Shown piece after piece: positions 59,301 to 64,000 of a stretch of 64,000 bases of DNA (position 1 is its first letter; every line of letters starts with the position of its first letter). Source of the DNA: an uncultured virus (IMG/VR IMGVR_UViG_3300033076_001104). Lineage: Duplodnaviria > Heunggongvirae > Uroviricota > Caudoviricetes. The DNA lies in IMG/VR virus record IMGVR_UViG_3300033076_001104. The stretch is one strand, 5' to 3'. The notes below the pieces were generated by a model, which did no database searches, was not told the DNA's origin, and saw only the letters and a program-made list of their open reading frames with translations. The translations under genes were made by a program, and so were the position numbers.

Positions 59301-61054
59301 TTTAAATCATATGGTGGGAACCACATAACTCTACCTCCATTGTTACCTCTTTCACAATATGGTAAATCGTTAACAGTAAACCCTGGTGTATTTGAAGATT
59401 TCCATGCTAAGTTTTCAATTGAGAACATGTATTTTTTAGCATAGAAACCATCTCCTTTCGGTAATATGTTTGTTGAACCACTAAAATCTCTACCACCATT
59501 AGACATTGGTGCAATATTAAGATTCCATGGTTTATCTAATATACTATCATCATATTTTCTAACATTCTGTTGTCTCTTCATTGTGTCAGAATAATTCAAA
59601 TAAGATCTATCTTTTGTCCAAACTCTACAATACTCAACACCCGTTTCACCACCATATTGGTCAACGTATTTAACCGCTGAACCTCTACTTAACATAGTGT
59701 CACCTTCTCTAAAAATTCTACTTGTTTGGTCAATTACATTACCAACGTGTGAACGAGCTTCCCCGCCGTTAGTCGGCATAGAATCCAATATCTCTTGTGT
59801 ATATCCTAATATTGAATCTTCTCTAAATTGATACGCTGTTGATAGTGATTCCTCTAATTGTGATTTTTCACTATCCCATTCTTGATTGTTTTTACCTAAT
59901 TCGTTTCTTGAATTTCTACTAATCCAAGTTAATTTACCACCAACACCTCCACCTTCAGAATAATTTTTCTTTCTTTGGAATAATTGTGCCTGAACGGGGT
60001 CAAACATTAAACTTAAATAGTAGTTACTTCTAACGGGTCTATCGTTGAAGTCATTCATTGCATATTTTACATCTTCACCTCTATCGTCACCAATGTATGC
60101 AACACCATTTGGTGCCTCTGTACCCAACAAATTTTTTACACCTTGTGCAACATTATCAACAAAATTGAAAATTTTTGATGAATTTTGTGATCTAGCGGTT
60201 GTTGTGTAATTTGGTGCATATTTTGAATATGTTAATAAATCATATAACGCATTTTTTTGACCATCACCCATATATTCAATTAAAAGGTCAGATGGTTTTC
60301 TTGATAGTTTTGGTCTTCTTTGTATCCCTAATAACGAACCAAGAACACCCGTAACATCTTGAAATACTTTACCTAATTCACTTTTTGGTGTCGGTCTAAC
60401 GTTAATTGGATTCTTTGGGTCAGTTAAGTAATCTCCCGGTATTTCTGACCACGGGAATTCAACACCTGATGCCACCTGTACAAAGTCAATTACTTTACCC
60501 GGTAACGTCTTTGCAACTGTTATGTGATAATTTGGTGCAACTAATGGTTCTCTACCTGTTATAATATTAGAAGCGGTCGCAATGTTTCCATTTAACGCAT
60601 CTATTAATCTAACTCTACCATTTGTTTCTCTTTCAATATTTTGTGATATTCTTGAATAAACGGGACCATTATTTGACATTAAAAATGTACCCGCAAACCT
60701 CATTAATTCAGATTCAGAATCTAAATTTTTCTGATTAAATACACTAATTAATGTATGATTTTGATTTTCAAAATATGGATATAAACTTAAATTCGCCCTT
60801 CTTGGTAACGTATCGATATTTTCGGTAACATTGAATGTTACGGGTTTAAATACATTACTATTTTGTGGATATGATAACATTTGTGTTCTGTTATCATCTA
60901 AAGTACCTGGGTCTAAATTGGCGGTATCACTTAAATTTTGAATAGGGTAATTACCATTAGTAAAAGTTTGAGGACCATTTGGTTGGTTCAAAGTTTTACC
61001 AATGACGTAATCTCTAAATCTTTTGGTTGAATCAAAATCTAAGTATGTCGGCAT
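56336..61054 (-). CDS. Giant tail-tube initiator/baseplate protein with inserted OmpA-C-like domain
   Basis: WESNSFLGRPEPIYTYQNTERSGQVSF and PPICVLRVGDFY...IIIRDVNITF...W (tube-initiator-like) flank LNFAND...ASCS..A..EYNWKLSIRR. Confidence 0.65.
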   Translation of the reverse strand: MPTYLDFDSTKRFRDYVIGKTLNQPNGPQTFTNGNYPIQNLSDTANLDPGTLDDNRTQMLSYPQNSNVFKPVTFNVTENIDTLPRRANLSLYPYFENQNHTLISVFNQKNLDSESELMRFAGTFLMSNNGPVYSRISQNIERETNGRVRLIDALNGNIATASNIITGREPLVAPNYHITVAKTLPGKVIDFVQVASGVEFPWSEIPGDYLTDPKNPINVRPTPKSELGKVFQDVTGVLGSLLGIQRRPKLSRKPSDLLIEYMGDGQKNALYDLLTYSKYAPNYTTTARSQNSSKIFNFVDNVAQGVKNLLGTEAPNGVAYIGDDRGEDVKYAMNDFNDRPVRSNYYLSLMFDPVQAQLFQRKKNYSEGGGVGGKLTWISRNSRNELGKNNQEWDSEKSQLEESLSTAYQFREDSILGYTQEILDSMPTNGGEARSHVGNVIDQTSRIFREGDTMLSRGSAVKYVDQYGGETGVEYCRVWTKDRSYLNYSDTMKRQQNVRKYDDSILDKPWNLNIAPMSNGGRDFSGSTNILPKGDGFYAKKYMFSIENLAWKSSNTPGFTVNDLPYCERGNNGGRVMWFPPYDLKVSEQNSARWESNSFLGRPEPIYTYQNTERSGQVSFKVIVDHPSILNLLVREHFKGMTDDEVENYISAFFAGCEEIDFYDLIRRYSTITSEDAKLITDFLNRKTDKETITKYKSVTTTDPVKKEPEVNKDLTEKVDGKLISLNFANDWPKTNLGEYKSEKYSEIYNQKTGSEKWIEDTKNNLKGVLQKILVDDYNKANAIHDKKVLFGKDIPVAEASTYSGKTITDLDKEISEAQSGFTEFNTQLTTLKSDIEKGIVNEINVGILASCSAVADTEYNWKLSIRRTYSVLLEIFEKIKKDGTDVSSLLSSKWPKTFTGSKNSKTDIALEISFKNLGYTELEGKLVLKTSSAGEEFQIENDKNCTNQNFKYKSGAFDLRVSAPLAFGCRQATVKIKYTKTPKPEPQKPGIDPTTTTKLVPVEETVFNPKRIPVDPMKRIIMKTLGECYYFQKLEESDPVVMRTMKDKLKYFHPAFHSMTPEGLNARLTFLLQCLRPGDTIPIKGISDVADLNARNTSFGPPPICVLRVGDFYHSKIIIRDVNITFEDNVWDLNPEGIGVQPMIANVSLQVNFIGGQGLSKPVERLQNALSSNFFANTEMYDERSIQSDGLRIGGKEADKFTREFLEKLNTPDVKPEDSTNNNKGNELTEGEYCGVLNQNTLTYDKPLLENIYENTKQYFSSYESLYNVVVKDYGTSIASMILHPTYRDIKTYEYVDGNGSTASMYLFGEYQKNRPLSFYVNVLKTKMVDKIDTINISEMFGLDKVLPVPKQNKANELLKPELKKIVESKISKITDIKSVDEFLKNRNNLIQTLDNLNFVVKYESDISITGEQMSKATLSGFTRNLLFNEYSNCIEHINNNNDKLYEDLDTSINFNSPQISTDTLSQLLSVLLKDDDKNKLLNVFKVDTIIFDENTVKKITKKFDSFIGEPIKDKKFKFKKLKERKNNNPISYTATFDNTFTDDAVKEEVKKLKSKNNVPVTGNNLNYYKP

Positions 61055-61068
61055 TATGTTCTTTTATC

Positions 61069-61076
61069 TATAAATA
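61069..61076 (-). promoter_or_regulatory. TATTTATA putative late promoter box
   Basis: 14 nt upstream of the ATG at 61054. Confidence 0.6.
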
Positions 61077-61099
61077 GATAACTTATAAAAATATATTAG

Positions 61100-63007
61100 T
61101 TATTTGATGTCGATATAAACATAATCCCTTGAATCTGCAGAATTAACATCGACTTTAGTGTCTGATTTGTTTTCTTTAATTGCTTTCTCATTTCTATATG
61201 CAACATTATTCATGATTCTTTCCATGTCTGCAACAGAAATTGGTGTATTTTCAGGTGTTTTAGTGGTCTCTTTTTCTTTCTGTTTATTGTCAACCTTTAT
61301 TGGGTTTTCAATTTTACTTACCATTCTTTTACCTTCTTCGGCCGCTGTACTAATGTTTTGTGCCTTTATTCTGTTTAATTCACTTTGTACCGCCTTACCT
61401 TCTTCTGTTTCAGGTTTACCTTTTAAACCTTCAAGTATATCATTACCCTTTTTAATGTATTCGTCAATTTTTGAACCATATCCTCTATATGTCTCAGCAA
61501 ATTGTACTTTTAACATTTGTGCAATTTCAGAAACGTTCAATGCCATTTTTTGCGTTTCGGTAAATTGTTCTAATGCAATGTCTTTAGTGTCCATCTTTTC
61601 AAACGCTTTTTGATTTTCTAAGATGGCATCTGCAGTAGTTTGATCTAAACTATCTAACGCCAATTGTTGATCAACTCCCAATTTTTTAGCTAATGAAGGT
61701 GGTACATCAATTATCATTTTACCACCTGAACCCATTCTAGCTAAATTGGTAATAAATTCTTGTTGTTTATCATCAACCTTCAATCCTGCGGTCATTAAAT
61801 CTGCAGCAGCTGAACTTCTTTCCGCAGCTGCAATTGCACCTTTAGATAATTCTTGATAACTAATACCTAAATCTGACGCCATTTGTTTCGCTCTTCTCAG
61901 ATTTACACCCGTAATTTCAAATCTTCCTTGTTCAGTATTATATGTTGCAAGTGAACTCGCTGCACCAATTAAAGCATCTTGTAATCCCTCAACATTATTT
62001 GTTGCCATATACATCATTTGGAACGGGTCACCTAATGAGCCAACCGCACCACCTAACACCTGTAAATTCGCAGCCAAATCAATTGCACCTTCAGGACTTA
62101 ATACTTTATCTGCAACAGTAAATGCAGACTCCATACTCATTCTAAATTCAGTTGCCTTACGAACCATAGATGCTAATCCCTGAACTCCGTTTTGGAAACC
62201 GTATTCGTTTATTTTACCTATATTTTTTTGTAATTCTGCGGTGGTTGTTCTTGTATTTAAACCTAAGGTTAATGCAGACTTACCTGATTCATTTATATTT
62301 TGTAATGTTTTTTCGGCCCCGACACCAATATCTCCAAATTGTTTTAATATTGGTCCCATATCTCTCATGTCACCAATAAACGCTCTCGATGTTACGGACA
62401 TGTCCTCCATAACTTTTTCACTCAACGTATAAAATCTTCCTGTTGCTTCAGTTGCAGATATTGCGGTTTCCATTACATCATCCATGGAATAACCCATACC
62501 CGCAGCGGCGTCTGATGCACCTATAATATTATCTCTATAACCTCGAGATAATTCACCAGCAATACCTATTTGTGAATTTAATTTGTTTCTTAATTCAACT
62601 TCTTTGGTTAAAATATCAACACCACCACTAAGTACTGTAGAGAATATGGTACTAAATGTAGTTTTAATACCTTCCAAAAATCCACCTTGTTTACCAAAAA
62701 ACGCAGAACCTAATTTAACTGCATAGTCTTCAACATCTTTAGGTGTTACCAATGCAGAAACGTTACTTTGTTTGAAATCTTGTATTCCACCCACACTTAC
62801 ACCTCCAAGTGCGGAACCTATACCTGAACCACTACCCGTTTTTTTCTTAACCTCTGATAGGTCTGTGTTATAATAATTCCAATATGTGTCAACACTACCT
62901 AATAATGTCGGATTTTTTTCTACTTCCGGTATTTTTGCAAATGCAACTTTAAATTGGTCTGATGTTAAACCTTTTCGTAATTTGCCGACTTCATCAATTA
63001 GTGCCAT
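61100..63007 (-). CDS. Tail tape measure protein
   Basis: 635 aa, Ala/Gly-rich helical; lies between the chaperone gene and the tube-initiator/LysM/hub genes. Confidence 0.75.
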   Translation of the reverse strand: MALIDEVGKLRKGLTSDQFKVAFAKIPEVEKNPTLLGSVDTYWNYYNTDLSEVKKKTGSGSGIGSALGGVSVGGIQDFKQSNVSALVTPKDVEDYAVKLGSAFFGKQGGFLEGIKTTFSTIFSTVLSGGVDILTKEVELRNKLNSQIGIAGELSRGYRDNIIGASDAAAGMGYSMDDVMETAISATEATGRFYTLSEKVMEDMSVTSRAFIGDMRDMGPILKQFGDIGVGAEKTLQNINESGKSALTLGLNTRTTTAELQKNIGKINEYGFQNGVQGLASMVRKATEFRMSMESAFTVADKVLSPEGAIDLAANLQVLGGAVGSLGDPFQMMYMATNNVEGLQDALIGAASSLATYNTEQGRFEITGVNLRRAKQMASDLGISYQELSKGAIAAAERSSAAADLMTAGLKVDDKQQEFITNLARMGSGGKMIIDVPPSLAKKLGVDQQLALDSLDQTTADAILENQKAFEKMDTKDIALEQFTETQKMALNVSEIAQMLKVQFAETYRGYGSKIDEYIKKGNDILEGLKGKPETEEGKAVQSELNRIKAQNISTAAEEGKRMVSKIENPIKVDNKQKEKETTKTPENTPISVADMERIMNNVAYRNEKAIKENKSDTKVDVNSADSRDYVYIDIK

Positions 63008-63021
63008 TATTTGTTTTTACT

Positions 63022-63029
63022 TATAAATA
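63022..63029 (-). promoter_or_regulatory. TATTTATA putative late promoter box
   Basis: 14 nt upstream of the tape-measure ATG at 63007. Confidence 0.6.
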
Positions 63030-63032
63030 GAT

Positions 63033-63185
63033 TTAATTACTATTTTCCAACTCAATCATGTAGTTGATATAGTATCTTCTAATATAAATAGGCATATTAA
63101 GAATATCTCTATATGAGAATCCTCTTTTAACTAGATATAAAATTTCGTCTAGTTGTGTTTTACTATAATCCGTAGAAAGGGCGAA
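63033..63185 (-). CDS. Start-less ORF, predicted +1 frameshift extension of the upstream chaperone (gp51/GT-like tail)
   Basis: FALSTDYSKTQLDEILYLVKRGFSYRDILNMPIYIRRYYINYMIELENSN*; absent from the ORF track; no ATG/GTG/TTG between the in-frame TAG (63204-63206) and the late MPIY. Confidence 0.7.
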   Translation of the reverse strand, partial: FALSTDYSKTQLDEILYLVKRGFSYRDILNMPIYIRRYYINYMIELENSN

Positions 63186-63912
63186 AAAACTCGACCCCGA
63201 ATCCTATCTCAATTTGTACGGACTCTCCTGACGGGGATTTTACAGTTTTTTTAAGGTCTAATGATGGTTTGTTTTCTTTGACAAATTTTCTAAAATCTTG
63301 AGAGTCTTTAATTGGTAGATTTTGAACAAAATTATGTATGTTCATCATTTCTTTGTTACCTGCAACAGATTTAATCATCATCTCAAGTTCTTTGGTTACA
63401 ATTGGTGCAACACCATTACCATTCCAACTTTTTTCGATTTCATCTAAATCCTTTTGTTGTTTTTTTGTTAAAAATTTAAAAGTAATATCTACTTTGGATT
63501 TCTCCATATAGTATTGGAACTCACCATTTTCATTTGGTGTTAAATTGAAGTCTTTGATTGTTAATTCACTTAAATCTACTTTAGTTGTAAATTGTTCATT
63601 TGTTTTTGGGTCAGTCACATAAACATTGAATTCGGAACCAAATGCGGTGTTTCTTAAAAATATTAAAATCGCTTGTCTATCTTCATCAACTAATTCGTCC
63701 ACATTAATATCCTTATCCAAAACTTTACGTTTTAGTAATTCATCAACTACTGTGTTACTTTGAATTAAGTTTTGTGCTGCTAAGATGTTTTCATCTGCTG
63801 CTGTTAGATATGCAACTCTAACTGATTTTTTTTGATTTGAGTAATAAATTCCTTTACTAGGTAATTCTACTACATCATACGCAATTGTTGGGTCTACTAC
63901 AAATTGTTCCAT
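63163..63912 (-). CDS. Baseplate hub / tail assembly chaperone (T4 gp26-like)
   Basis: VELPSKG..Y, LTAADENIL, DRQAILIFLRNTAFG, ends GVEFFRP; directly upstream of the tape measure gene. Confidence 0.8.
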   Translation of the reverse strand: MEQFVVDPTIAYDVVELPSKGIYYSNQKKSVRVAYLTAADENILAAQNLIQSNTVVDELLKRKVLDKDINVDELVDEDRQAILIFLRNTAFGSEFNVYVTDPKTNEQFTTKVDLSELTIKDFNLTPNENGEFQYYMEKSKVDITFKFLTKKQQKDLDEIEKSWNGNGVAPIVTKELEMMIKSVAGNKEMMNIHNFVQNLPIKDSQDFRKFVKENKPSLDLKKTVKSPSGESVQIEIGFGVEFFRPFYGL

Positions 63913-63954
63913 ACTTGAAATATATTAAATAATTATTCAATTGTAAAGTTTTTA

Positions 63955-63984
63955 AATAAAAAAGGTATCCTTTTGGGATACCTT
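63955..63984 (-). terminator. Rho-independent terminator upstream of the chaperone gene
   Basis: Minus strand AAGGTATCC-CAAAA-GGATACCTT followed by TTTATTT. Confidence 0.8.
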
Positions 63985-64000
63985 CTTGACAGATTTTTTA

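Noticed and set aside
1..64000. Alternative genetic code (stop-codon reassignment)
   Set aside because: Long intact ORFs tile the minus strand in code 11, and TAG appears to act as a real stop (63163-63165 and 16124-16126).
1..64000. tRNA genes
   Set aside because: Intergenic gaps are short and none shows a cloverleaf with a T-loop GTTCGA motif.

Overview
This 64-kb window is part of a large, AT-rich (roughly 30% GC by eye) T4-like or jumbo myophage genome. Every credible gene is on the minus strand, in standard code 11. The host is probably Bacteroidota. Evidence: a Bacteroidota-style RpoD lacking region 1.1, an exact TAnnTTTG -7 promoter before clpP, SprB-like repeats, a DUF6576-like tail, and D-S/T-hydrophobic O-glycosylation sequons in exported proteins. 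In transcription order (right to left) the modules are: (1) gp26-like tail/hub chaperone, tape measure and giant baseplate/hub proteins; (2) small accessory genes including a Dps-like and a ubiquitin-like protein; (3) a replication block (gp32-like SSB, RecA/UvsX, 5'-3' exonuclease, DnaB/gp41 helicase, NrdB, NrdA); (4) baseplate wedge gp25 and gp6, then about 24 kb of large virion proteins, four with mucin-like Thr-Pro tracts; (5) a recombination block (RuvC-like, primase, PD-(D/E)XK exonuclease, Mre11/gp47 and Rad50/gp46) interrupted by a UDP-sugar dehydrogenase and other extras; (6) ClpP, a cluster of envelope/spanin-like proteins and a sigma-70 factor. The most notable observations are an unannotated start-less ORF that implies a +1 frameshift at UUU-UUU-CGC in the chaperone gene, a ubiquitin-like protein without Gly-Gly, two candidate structured RNAs, a recurrent TATTTATA promoter-like box (reverse complement of the T4 late box), and a modular mucin-like virion appendage family. 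All annotations come from motif recognition by eye; no database searches were run.
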